From Trichoplax adhaerens (Eukaryota; Animalia; Placozoa), in contig NW_002060944.1 in the NCBI RefSeq assembly GCF_000150275.1, forward strand, positions 1,598,911-1,662,910: a stretch of 64,000 nucleotides of DNA, written 5' to 3'. A model generated the notes under the pieces. That model worked only from the letters and a program-made list of their open reading frames with translations. It searched no databases and was not told where the DNA came from. This document shows positions 1 to 18,335 of this stretch, piece by piece. Position 1 is the first letter of the stretch; every line of letters begins with the position of its first letter. Made by a program: the position numbers and the translations under genes.

Positions 1-3000
1 TATTGGTAGTACTAAATTGAATACAATGTGATGCAGAATAAAATATGCAATATCTTACTTGTATGACGTAAACAGCGATCACTACTATTAATTTGAACGT
101 AGTATGCTTCCCATATCTTGAAGAAAAGATTAGTCATTAGTGCTTTTTATTTTGTATGCCATAAATAATATTATGGACTAACATGCTAAAAGTGAAAATA
201 ATTGAAGCAAATAGTATTTGGTTTATTAAAAACCTGCCGCATGTCCGGTAAATTGTAATTCAGAATATACTGATCATTATCATCAGAATCAACCGCCGTA
301 AAACCCACTATGGAAGGCAGCCGAATATGTTTAGTTTTTACGGCATCGCGATAAAACTCAGCGAATACAGAATCCTATAAAAATTATATAAAAATTTAAA
401 ACTTTCGTCATATTGTATAATCTTTTCCAAACACATCAATAGATAAATATTGTTATATCCGAAAATTAATTTTTTACTAGTTACACGCAATAGATAGAAT
501 ATTTATGACCTACATGAGTTGCTGTAGACACCATGACATGAGTAGCTTGAGATAATTCGGAGTTAATATTTACGTCCAGTAACTTTCAAGCAAATAAAAA
601 TTAGAATAATATTATAGTGTCATATTGACGATTTTCGTTGTTATTTAGCAGCCGCGAAGGGCTAACGAGGAATGACACAGTATTTACAGTGTTTAAATTA
701 GGAATAACATAAAAGAATTAATTTACCTTTAGAGTACCTGTGGCATGGGGGATTATCTGCACGTGGTTTAATAAGTCGCTAGGTGAATCGCTTCATAGAG
801 TAATGTTATAATAATTAATAAAGTTTCTCATCTTTATATATTTGCATAAAGCTAACTTAAATGATTCTATTTACCATTTGTGATAGTCTATACCGTTACA
901 AGAAATAATCCAAGCATTAGCATTCTAGATAAGATCATATCGAGCAATTGAAATCGATTAGCCGTCTTTGTTATTCTAAGTTCTATTTTGAATCAGGACC
1001 ATAACATACATTTTGTAATTTTATAGGCGAAATTTGATTTACAAATTTTGAATGCAAGTATTTGTACATATGACTTAGGCATCAAGAGCTAAGAGAAGCG
1101 AGCGGCTCTACTACTTATACAATTACAGAAAATTCGATCAAAATTCACAATCCTACATGATCGATTAACGTAATACCGATGTGGTCATTAACAAAAGTCG
1201 ATCTTTAGCTATTCTTTGAGGTTTTAACGGGAAGGCCATCAGGCACCTTTTTGATGATTGCTATACATTTAATCAAACGAATTATGTAATAATTAATTAT
1301 CTCTATAAGGGTCTCATAGTCATTCGAGCCGGTTATTTCAATGATAACATTGTGGAGATACTATTCAGGAACTGTCTTTAATAATATTTATACCATAACG
1401 CTCTCGTAGATAACATCGTGAAATAGTATGTACCTTCCTGTGTAAACCGTTACTCCAAATTCTCGAAATACAAATATTTACTGGGCGCTCTGAATTATCA
1501 CAATCAAAAAAAATAATGTCAACAATTTAGACGTCTACAGTATATCATATTTTATAATGTATAAGTTAATACCAACGAAATTAAGCATATCTTAAAACCT
1601 TGATCTATTTTTAAGAATTTTTTTCCTAATTTATAAGGATAATTTCGCATCCCATTATGCTTAATTAAATGATGCGCTAATACATTCCTTCTTTTAGACG
1701 TTGATGATGATATCTAATTGAGCGAAAGAAGACCGAATCGTCAAGATATCAACAACAACTAAAATTGCTTCATTAAAACTCCAACCTGCCCATGTGCTTC
1801 AATCATATCGTACAATGCGCGAACAATCGCTAAGACTAATTCCTTGCACCTAAAAGTAAACGACAAGTTAGTTAGTGTTATGTTTGTTACATACAAATTT
1901 CGTTTTGATTAGCATATTTTAATAAATCTGACCATACGATACAACGGTGATCTATCGTCAGCCATGTGCGTGGTACAGCAGTCGTCTACGTTGGATAGAA
2001 GGTAATACATTCATGTAACAGAACTGTTATGCAATCTTTATATTAGCACGATATTCCCGTGATCAGTAACAGATTACAGTACTTACTATAGCATTAATAC
2101 TTCGATTATAATTCGCAACCTGTAAGATAAATAAGTCTAAATAAAATTATTTATTGTACTGGTATTTCCGAGTTAGTCTATCGAAGATATTAATTACACT
2201 AGAACAAGACATACACTGGCTAAGGACGTAAGATCTGATCTCACAATCACGTCACGAAGGCCACCACCCACAGAAGCAATAATTACTTGGTCGAGTATTT
2301 GGCCAGAAGATGACTGCTCTTGCCAGAACTAAAATTGTATGAGATAATATGTATTACTTTCTTACGCACTAAAATACACTAAGATTAAGATATGGATTTC
2401 TCCATGAAATGGGAGGACTTGAAAATTATCCACTGTAGTAAAAGAAAAGAATTATGTAGTATACTACTTCTAATAATAGAACTATTATGTGATTAGAAAA
2501 AGCACTGGGAATGCATTGAAATTATGATGTTTTAGTGTTCATGAAACACGCTCGCATTTAGATTTGCTACCCTGATTCTTGACGCTATAGTTTCGAGTGC
2601 TCTTAAATGATCACAGCTTCTGTCACGATACAATTTAAAAATACTTTAAATACGCTAATGTAGTACAGCGTGTGCTCAGTAAAGTACATTGGAACATGTT
2701 TCACAAAAAGTGGTAAACTATCGATAATGATAGTAATCCTATTACATGCATTTCCAAATTTAAACATCTCACTCTATTCTGACTTTAATTATAAGAACTG
2801 GTAAACGTTCCGAGATCCTCTTCAACGTAGTAATTTTCTTACCGTGTTAACCGTATCATAAAAGTCAGCAACGTATTTATCCGCATAGAAGACTGCAATG
2901 GCATACATAGTTATTTTAAAAACTTTTCCAAAAATGTTCACAAGTTAGCTAACGAGTTAATTCCATAAAATCTACGACAAACCAGGACTCCGATGGGGAG

Positions 3001-5236
3001 TAGCGATAGTAATGACCGTTGTAACAGTACTGTTGTCAAAGTTAGGTAAAGTGAAAAGTGCTCTAGCGATCATGCCTCCCTAATTAATCAATAATCAAGG
3101 TGTTAAAATCTCAGTAAGCCATTGTAACAGATAATTTTCTAACTTTTATATACAGTATAATACAACATATTATGCTAGCTACAATAGAACTTGATTTCAA
3201 TCTTAACTATAGAATGGCCAATAACAACGACAGATCTTGGTGGACTAGGTAAATTTCGGTACCCCGCGAGTATTCTCTTGATGCAATAATTAACATATTC
3301 TGCGTTTAAGAAACTACTCATTAATAATTTGAAAGTTTTGTAATGTGCACAGTAACTAATAATATATTTTCTTTTAGATATTAAATAGAATGTACGAATA
3401 ATGTACGATGAATATGGGTTATATTATTAATACCTTATTGCATAAACAAGAAATTAATTCAGATTGTATGCATCACTAAAGTTACACATTTACTTCCAGA
3501 CCGTAGACTAATATTTTCAGCCTTATTCAATAATTAGTATACCTGCTTGATCACGTAATGTACCACCGTAAAGTCCAGAAATTTCCTATATAATACATTA
3601 TGTAGAGATCATTATAGAACTGTTACATTAAGAAGGAATAAGGGTTTACAGCTTACTGCGTACAACTCAGTAACTTAAAGACACGAATACTGCACTAAGA
3701 TAGCTTTGCAAAATCTTTCTGCAATACTGCGTTCATTGGAATAGGCAAATAAATATTGGTCATAGCAGTTTGATAGCAAAGATAGAAATTTAGTAAAGCA
3801 ATGTGAGTTGTGAGCTGATAAATATTACCTCATTTAAATCAATGGTGTAATAATTAAAATGCTCCTTTCTATTCATTGACTTTTGATACGAAATTGAGGC
3901 AAGAGATCGAACTTTAATACATAATAAAGATATAACAACCAAAAATACTTAATAAGAGCTAGTATAAGTAGATTGATTAATATCTAAAAATCACCTTGTT
4001 TGTAACTACCAGCGTTGCCAGGGATGAATAATATCGGAATACCGAATATATGATCGTTCCTGAGCGTTTTCGTATTTACACGTAATGTTGTATAGGATAA
4101 CAAATTAGATCCGTAAGACTCGTAAAGACCCATATTCGTCAATTCTAATGCTAGTTTTAATCTCTTTCGATTTTTTAAAATTAAAACTTCTGTTTTATGA
4201 ACTTAGCTAACATGAGTATTACTTGAGGAATTGATAAATTATCACGTAAAAGCGTAAGGCTACATTACAGATGCAATTATTTCATACAATAGTACACGTG
4301 TATAATCCCATCCTTTGAAATAAAGATATGCGTAAATTATGCTAACTAACATGGTATTTCAAATAGTCGTGCTGAATTGTAATCCTTCTAGATAAGAATA
4401 CTATCATGGGAATCTATACATATCACTACATGAGATCGAGCAAGGTTTTTTGAGCAATGAATGTATGATACCCATTGCGTAACTGGCAAATTAGACCTTC
4501 AAATAAACCATGATATTGCAATCATTACCTTAACGTTTCTGCATAGTACCTAATAGTGGAAATGTGATAAGGTTAATACACTGGATTACATTATTATTCA
4601 TTCAGAGACATTAACACCAAATGATCAGCAATTTACAAGGCTAAACATTTGCTTTAATCCAAGAAATGATACGCGTACTAACCCTTCTCCATAAAGATAG
4701 AGTGTATAGCGCGGAAATTTGGCCTGAATTGTGGTTGGTAACGGTATTGGCTATATCAAGAATATTAAACAACGGTACATATGGCAGTCAGTCAGACATA
4801 CAAAAGAAGCAGTTCGTTTTAACTGTCACGAAAAGAGGTGAGTGTAGTAGGTTTCATGGAGTTAAGATAGCTAAGATATGTGTGTGCTATGCACTATATT
4901 AGCAATCCAAGATATAAAGTGCAGAGCCATTCACGAATTGCATATTAATTAATTAATAATAATTTAAGAATCGGATATTGATGTTGGAGGTAATACCTAT
5001 ACAGTGTCATATTGTTTACCTCCAATTGATAAGTCATTTTAAATGTAGTCAAATAAATTGCAATATTATTACAAACGTACGATGTAATCAATCTTTTCAT
5101 ACATGTAAGACATGCTGCAATAGTTCTTTTCTAGATTGCGAGAAATATCCCAAATACCAACCATAGTCAATGTAACGAAAGTGCTACAAAATAGCCAAAG
5201 CATCAAATTTCGATTAGACATAGCTGGAAAGGCCAT
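1..5236 (-). CDS. PGAP1: GPI inositol-deacylase (PGAP1/Bst1), multi-exon, 3' part continues beyond window start
   Basis: Spliced minus-strand exons read MAFPAMSNRNLMLWLF...CSMSYMYEKIDYI / PIPLPTTIQAKFPRYTLYLYGEG / YYAETLR / NDHIFGIPILFIPGNAGSYKQ / VRSLAS...YYTIDLNE / EISGLYGGTLRDQ / ...SVVVIGHSI / GGMIARALFTLPNF...TIATPH / ...IASVGGGLRD / ...IDHRCIVW / CKELV. These are the PGAP1 alpha/beta-hydrolase motifs. The last visible exon is ~59-116 (IWEAYYVQ...). The ORF-track start at 5263 is a TTG; the first ATG is at 5236. Confidence 0.93.
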
Positions 5237-5280
5237 TCTCCACCAAATGGATAGTCTTGGCAAGATAGTATCATTTAACC

Positions 5281-5660
5281 TAGTGTAGTGCAGTATAATA
5301 CTGTTAAGTTACTGTAACTGTACAGTACCTACTAGTACAATGTACAGTACATACTACTGTACTCGTTCGACAGTACTGTACTGTACATTCAAAATCCGAG
5401 GCGGTAAAATATTGTACTGTACTGTACAGTACAGTGTACAGTGTACAGTACAGTATACTACTGTACGATGTACTGTAGCGAGCAAATTTGCAGACATCTC
5501 ATTCTTCTAAACACTGTCGTGAGTACGTGAGTAGTCGCGAGTGTCGTCTATGCATCACGTGACATGTCCTTATTGTACTTTAGCTAGTACGGTACGTGAT
5601 GAGGCATGACTTTGGACCAGGTACCCGAACAGTACTTGACTTCGATACAGTACTGTACAA
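5281..5660. repeat. (TACAG/CTGTA)n cluster in PGAP1/GAA divergent promoter
   Basis: e.g. TGTACTGTACTGTACAGTACAGTGTACAGTGTACAGTACAGT at ~5413-5454. Confidence 0.85.
5554..5563. promoter_or_regulatory. E-box / CLEAR-like element ATCACGTGAC upstream of GAA
   Basis: 9/10 match to the GTCACGTGAC MiT/TFE CLEAR consensus, ~390 bp before the GAA ATG. Confidence 0.5.
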
Positions 5661-5946
5661 TCCAGCACAAGAGCTGCAAATCCGTGAAATCATTAAAATT
5701 CCCAATAATAAAAAATTGGCTTTTTTTTTTATTAATTTGTTTTCATTCGATCCTGCTGAGTATTCTGTACTATATCTATCTCTATTTTTCTGCTGTCACC
5801 GCTGGAATTGATCGATCGAGATTGAGCATTTTCAAAGCAAAATACCGAAATCTGTTGACGGAGCTAAGCCAATTGCCGAGCTATTATCAATTAATAGTTA
5901 CTGCATGCTAAAATTTCAATCATTCTTATTTTTATAAATAACAAAT

Positions 5947-12438
<6,492 letters not shown>

Positions 12439-15219
12439 ATTCTTTAGAAGTTATCGTGTTACCCCTAAATATATTATTAATTTTTGCGATTAAAATTTAC
12501 GCTTGGATTACTATAGTTTAATAGAAATCTAATGTAATAAATAATTAAATCTTGATGCTTACCACACTCCTTTTTTAACTTGTATGTGTCATTTTCAATT
12601 GGTGCATTCCTTACGCTCACATGTTACAGGTTATGCCGAGTAATTGTACTCGTATATTTTGAAAATATTAATGCGCAACGTTCATTACAACGCAATACAC
12701 TGGATATGAAATTCTAAAACGTTGTATTTTACTGGAAGCCATAGTCTATCATGTGATTAAAATACAGCTAAAATCATGTGCACTTCTATAACTACAGTGT
12801 GGCATTTTCTTACTATGTAACTGCATAGTATTATTGGAAAGCGTTATCAATTACCCAAAAATATTGTATCAGAATATGTTAGTTTTGGAGTAAAGGAATA
12901 AATAAAAGTATCAAGAATCATAATCAGGACTTATATAATTTCATATACAATTATTTTTAATAGTTAGGTTCACGATACAGATAATAATAAACTTTATAAA
13001 TTAGCGGTGCCGATTCGTTCTCATGATTCTTGCCCTCAAAATTTATGTAATGCTAGATAAGATATAATATTTATGACTCACGATGTTCAGTAGTAGTTAG
13101 TAAGTTGTCTTAGTCAACTTTAACTAGCATATTCGTGAATCATGGCCGTCTCAGGAATTCGAATTCTATCCACTTTGTGTAAACATGCGATATACAGTTT
13201 ACAATGTTGTGGCAGATTTATTGGAAGGTGCTGTTGAAATATCTAATACGCGTATGTAGGAATGCCAGAAGTCATGACCGCTGACAGTCAACTCGGTACT
13301 ACCACCTTGGTCAAGATTGGCCACTGTAAATTTGTACGATAGACCGCGATGAAAATTCAAGTTGAATTTATACTGTAAGCACCTCTACTTGTGGCTTACA
13401 TGTATAATTTTACCAAGTGATGATTTTTTGCATTTATAAAATGATTTGAGATGCTATACTGTACCAATACCTATAATTTAACATGATATTAAATACTGAT
13501 GACGATTTGCTGTTACATGGCATATATCAGAACTCTAATTGAATCGTATTGACATACTGTACAGTATAGTAAATAGCCGTATATGAATGCACTACAGAAT
13601 GCAATACACAAAGCGATTTCTGTATTACAGTACCATAGTTTCGCAATACTCGTTATGAAATGGATACAATCGAATTAAAGTCGCTCAGAGATAACTTACG
13701 TACGGGTAGTATTTCTACAGACTACTAGATATACAATCCAGTAGTCTATGGTATTTTCTTCTACTATATACACACACTTATTAAATATGAATATGTAATA
13801 ATGCGCATACTGTACAGCATACGAAGTAACCTGCACAGATTCATGTTTTTCACTGTATGTAATTAAGTGAGTAAGTATAGCGTTAACCTCCAATACGAGT
13901 ACTGACGTCCGTAGTAGCCGATGAGATTATAATTAGTATAACCCACAAGGTACCATCGGCAATGCAGCGAGATAATTAACTACGTTAGTCGCTATGAAAG
14001 GATCTGTTTTACTCACATGCTTCAACTCATTGTAAAGAATTGATTTTATGTAGGCTATCTTCATTCAAATTCTACACTAGTTCTGATCATGATACAATAA
14101 AACAACCTAAAGTCGCCGATGAAGAAAAGTTGAAAAGAAAGATTGATAGCATTTGCAATCATTGGACAAGAACCAGCGAGCAAAAGTGGAGGACGGCACT
14201 GACAAAAGGAAATCGTTGTAATATAAGTACAGAAACTATCAATAAATGTTTACGCAAAGTCAACCAGTTGCAATATCCCAACAATGATCTACATTCTTAG
14301 CATCACTTGACTGGACTACAGTATAATTAAAGCCAGAACCATGGACTATTAAGAAAGATATCTTTAAAAGTCCATGCTAGAACTTTACTAGTTTCGTTCA
14401 CCTTACTTCAAGCAAGATAATAATTGACTGTGGATAAATATACAGTACGGTATACACTACGTATACGACACATAAAAACAAGCCACCTACACGGATTGTG
14501 ATAGTGCCTTTTGAAAACAAATTTATTATATTAAATTCATAGATACGTTAGCCATTAGATCCTTGTAATAGAAACCATACGTAATCAACACTGATAATTA
14601 TAGTGATAGCACTAAAAACTCACTTCACGTGTACTGATCTTTCTTGTACCAAATATTAGATAGCTGATTCATTTACAACTAGACAGAAGTGCTCGATCTT
14701 ATATAGTGGTAATAAGTGGTAAAGTTAGCAGCTAACATGCGGATTACCAAAGTGATTAATGAAATTAGTAGATACTTAAACAATTATTCGATAAAATAAG
14801 AGCGTAATATATCTACATTTATATAAAAATAAAATAAGCTAAATTTCATAGTTGGTTGATCAATCCTCGGATATAAATGAAAAATTAATGTATCACTGGC
14901 GTGCAATGAAATATACACATAATTGTATTTATGCAATTTACAGAATGTCGTAACATTTCACTATCAATAACAAACAAACAGTATTTCCAGAACTTAATTG
15001 TGAAACACTAATTGTAAGTACGCATATATATATATATTTATATATTTGAATGCGTTATTAACACATCGTATTTGTTGGTGAAGTCAAATAAGCTGTCTAA
15101 TTAATTTAAATTAGTAATGGGTATAATTTAATCAGAATGGTTAGCATGAGAAGTAAGTTGTACAACAACTTTAGTCTGGCATCACTAGATGAATTATTTG
15201 ATTAAATACTTAAAACTGA

Positions 15220-17454
15220 TTACATAAGATTAACTTGTCCAGTAGCTTTCTCGGCTTCAAATAATAGTCGAACACATTCCTTAACTACTGCAGCATTGGC
15301 AATGTTTATATTATGGATTGTATTCATCTTGATTAGTTGTCGAGGTGTTACTAAGTTCTTATTCAAGATATTGGGTCTGGCACCAGAATTTAACAATAAG
15401 GCAATCCAAGATGGTTTCAAACTAGCAGCAGCTTCATGCAGGGGACTATTAGCACCTTTATCACATTTATTAACATCAGCATTATATAAAATGCACATAT
15501 TTAAGCAATGTTCAATCAATTTATCAAATCTTGTTTGAAATAAAGAATGATTAAACTGTGGCTTATTGTTACAGCATAATAACTCATGTAATACCGTCCG
15601 ACCGTTCTCATAGCATGCATTCACATCACTACCATGTTCTAATAGTAATTTCAAGCAGTTAAATGCTGTTATTTGAGTAAATGATTTCTCAACGTCAAAT
15701 TGATTATTGCTAACAATAGCAACTAATATATCTAATTCTTCAGTCATGGGATTCTTATCAGGTTGTAAACTGATTTTCTTGAAGTAGTTATAAACAACGA
15801 TTTCTAGTAGTGCTACTGTTTTGGGGATAGAGCCATAATCCCCATAGATAATATTCGTATTAGCACCAGCTTTTAGCAGTAATTGCATACATTCAGGGTG
15901 GTAATATTTCGCAGTTGATAGTAACGGACAAAATAAGTGGTAATCTTCGGCTTGTAATAACTGTAAGAACATATCAATTCGTCGCAATGGATCTCTTTCT
16001 CTTGTAGATAACAAATGTATTCTTTGATCAATAACAGCACCTTCATTAATCAAAACTTGTAAACTATCACAACAGCCATGGGTAGCAGCTAATAGCAATG
16101 CTCGACAACTTTCAGATCGTGGAGAGAATGAATGTTCTGAAATTAAGTATTGAACACCTTGGCTAAAATTACTCCGCGTAGCTACTTCTAATGTGTTGAA
16201 ATTGCCAAGATACTCAGTTATTTGTAAATCTTCATATAAGCAATATCGATTTTGAACTAGTAATTTTAAACAGTCTAATTGCTTCCATCGTAATACGGCT
16301 GCCAAAGCCGACATGGTCGGCTGGCGAGATTCATTTGCACCACCGATCTTGGCCGTCCTAGCATGGTGAGTAAGCAATAATCCTACACATTCGACATATC
16401 CTAATATAAGCGCCCACCACAGTGCTGTACAACAACATCGATCTTGTTCATTAACCTCGTCAACTGAGCATGTCTTTAAAACTGAACGTAGCCGTTCAAT
16501 ATTATTACACATGACGAGTTTATGTAGGCTAGGCATAACATAAGCATCAGCAATTTTAGTGATTAGGACTTGTAAGCACTCCATTTGATGAGAAAAAGCA
16601 GCTAAATGGAACAACGTTGAGTTAACACGTTTTCTAGCTAAGTGGTTAATATTGGCTCCACGATTCAATAATAACCGTAAGCAATGGGTATGACCTTTTA
16701 CAATAGCTACACGAACAGGATGGTTATATTTGCCACCATTACTATTACCGAAATTTCGAGTGAAAGGTACAGTACGTTTGGCTTTATTATCAGCGGCATA
16801 ACGATTAATATCAGCACCAAGACGTATTAACGTAGATCCCCACACATCGAAGCCATCGCGCATGGCTTGAATTAGAAATAAATTTATCTCTGTTACACGA
16901 TCACCAGTATTATTCGACGAAGAAGAAACATAAGAGATCCATTTGATTGTCGATTTTAATGAATTATTATTATTACCGGTAGAATCATAAATCATTTGCT
17001 GATAATTGTGATTATAAGATCCTAGGACAAATTGGTAATAACATCGAAGAGATGTATCACTTGGAGGCTTAAATCGTGGAAACAATCTCTGATGGTACTT
17101 GTACCCTAAATAGCTTTTACTATAATAGCGATAGTATGTATCGCCGTCGACTAACACTGGTTTACTTGTCAACTCAGTCATGATTTTTTGTTTCCAAAGA
17201 TATTCCGAGCTAGCGATATACGCAAAGGCACGACAGCAACATGCCATTCTGGCCACATCACACCCAAGAAGGAATTCCATGACTCGAGTTAACATTTCGT
17301 CAGGTAAATCCTGCAAGGTCAAACCTGGGGTGGATTCTGCGGCGTGTATTTGATGCGAAGCATCTTCCTCAGGCGGTAACTGATCGATGGATAAATGCCC
17401 TAATTGGCTAGCGACGATAAGGTCTGGTGACTGTAATGAGTTCTTTTCTGCCAT
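15220..17454 (-). CDS. Intronless F-box + ankyrin-repeat protein (744 aa), putative SCF substrate receptor
   Basis: Single long ORF. N-terminal F-box LTLQDLPDEMLTRVMEFLLGCDVARMACCCRAFAYIASSEYLWKQK, followed by about 10 ankyrin-like repeats (e.g. HPVRVAIVKGHTHCLRLLLNRGANIN, CLKLLLEHGSDVN, SPLHEAAASLKPSWIALLLNSGARPN). Confidence 0.9.
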   Translation of the reverse strand: MAEKNSLQSPDLIVASQLGHLSIDQLPPEEDASHQIHAAESTPGLTLQDLPDEMLTRVMEFLLGCDVARMACCCRAFAYIASSEYLWKQKIMTELTSKPVLVDGDTYYRYYSKSYLGYKYHQRLFPRFKPPSDTSLRCYYQFVLGSYNHNYQQMIYDSTGNNNNSLKSTIKWISYVSSSSNNTGDRVTEINLFLIQAMRDGFDVWGSTLIRLGADINRYAADNKAKRTVPFTRNFGNSNGGKYNHPVRVAIVKGHTHCLRLLLNRGANINHLARKRVNSTLFHLAAFSHQMECLQVLITKIADAYVMPSLHKLVMCNNIERLRSVLKTCSVDEVNEQDRCCCTALWWALILGYVECVGLLLTHHARTAKIGGANESRQPTMSALAAVLRWKQLDCLKLLVQNRYCLYEDLQITEYLGNFNTLEVATRSNFSQGVQYLISEHSFSPRSESCRALLLAATHGCCDSLQVLINEGAVIDQRIHLLSTRERDPLRRIDMFLQLLQAEDYHLFCPLLSTAKYYHPECMQLLLKAGANTNIIYGDYGSIPKTVALLEIVVYNYFKKISLQPDKNPMTEELDILVAIVSNNQFDVEKSFTQITAFNCLKLLLEHGSDVNACYENGRTVLHELLCCNNKPQFNHSLFQTRFDKLIEHCLNMCILYNADVNKCDKGANSPLHEAAASLKPSWIALLLNSGARPNILNKNLVTPRQLIKMNTIHNINIANAAVVKECVRLLFEAEKATGQVNLM

Positions 17455-17764
17455 GGAGTCTCACAGCTGCAGCACTAACATACCAAACTTTCAATTTCCC
17501 TTAACAATTAATTAATGGAATTAGTTCTAAAACGGTCCAGTCACCACAATCAAAGTTGGTTAGCGTCTAGTACAGTGCAGTGCAACACTAACTACCGCTT
17601 CAATTCAGTTTTCTTTATTTTATTTAGCTAAAACCAGCCCTAGTAGTAAATTACTGTTCAGTATTTGAACCAAACTAGAGTAGAAAGTTCCAATTTCATT
17701 TATTTAGTGTCAACTGTGCTACAGTAACAGCAACGTACTGTACAATACTTGTCAGTAGTAACTT

Positions 17765-17920
17765 CGACCATCCTTTCGCTAGTAGTCCACTGTATGGATT
17801 TCGTATGACTGTAACCGTACGTCTGTACCGTAAGCTCTAGCGAAAGAGGGATCGGCCGGCAGTCTAATTTTTTGACGAGTCCCGGTCTCGTTCAGGGTCC
17901 GGGTCTACGGTCCCTGAGGC
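17765..17920 (+). ncRNA. Candidate structured Sm-site RNA (snRNA-like), family not identified
   Basis: GC-rich island. Long closing stem CCATCCTTTCGCTAG / CTAGCGAAAGAGGGATCGG encloses two small hairpins, then single-stranded AATTTTTTG (17866-17874), then hairpins GACGAG..CTCGTT and CAGGGTCCG..CGGTCCCTG. Several G-U pairs favour the + strand. Confidence 0.4.
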
Positions 17921-17934
17921 TTTGTGAAAACGTC

Positions 17935-18335
17935 ACAGTGTACTGTACAGTATGTACTGTACTGTAGAGTGTGCAGTACTGTAGTACTGTACTGTGTGTC
18001 GAAAAAAATGATGTCACCCTTATCCTAGGTAGTAGGTACTGTAGCAGAGTACTTAGTATCGTAGAGTCGATCCTAGTCGTGGACCCTCACACAAAGTAGC
18101 GTACAGTAGCTAATGTTGTATAGGAGCTTGAGATAGGCTTGTGTATAGTATGTTGGACCTTACGGTACTGTACTATACAGTACAGTACAAAGCACAACTT
18201 TCGCTACAGTACAAACTGCAGGGTGACATCATTTTTTCTACAGTTAAACAATTTAGGATGTAAACATGACTTTGGTAGCGTACTGCATAATATAATATTT
18301 TTTTTTTTTTTTTTTTGAATCGAAACACAGTACAA
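17935..18335. repeat. (TACAG/CTGTA)n cluster upstream of the F-box/ankyrin gene
   Basis: ACAGTGTACTGTACAGTATGTACTGTACTGTA... at 17935-17996 and 18165-18213. Further copies at ~17570-17745. Confidence 0.8.

Noticed and set aside
17766-17874. Assignment of the structured element as U4atac
   Set aside because: Only CCATCCTTT and a partial ACTG-TAAC match. No kink-turn 5' stem-loop, and the 5' end is locked by an intramolecular stem. Left unassigned pending a covariance-model search.
17854-17905. GGCCGGCA resembling the HDV ribozyme P1, and minus-strand CTGAACGA resembling a hammerhead core
   Set aside because: No P3/L3, P1.1 or catalytic C arrangement; hammerhead stems and GAAA spacing do not fit.
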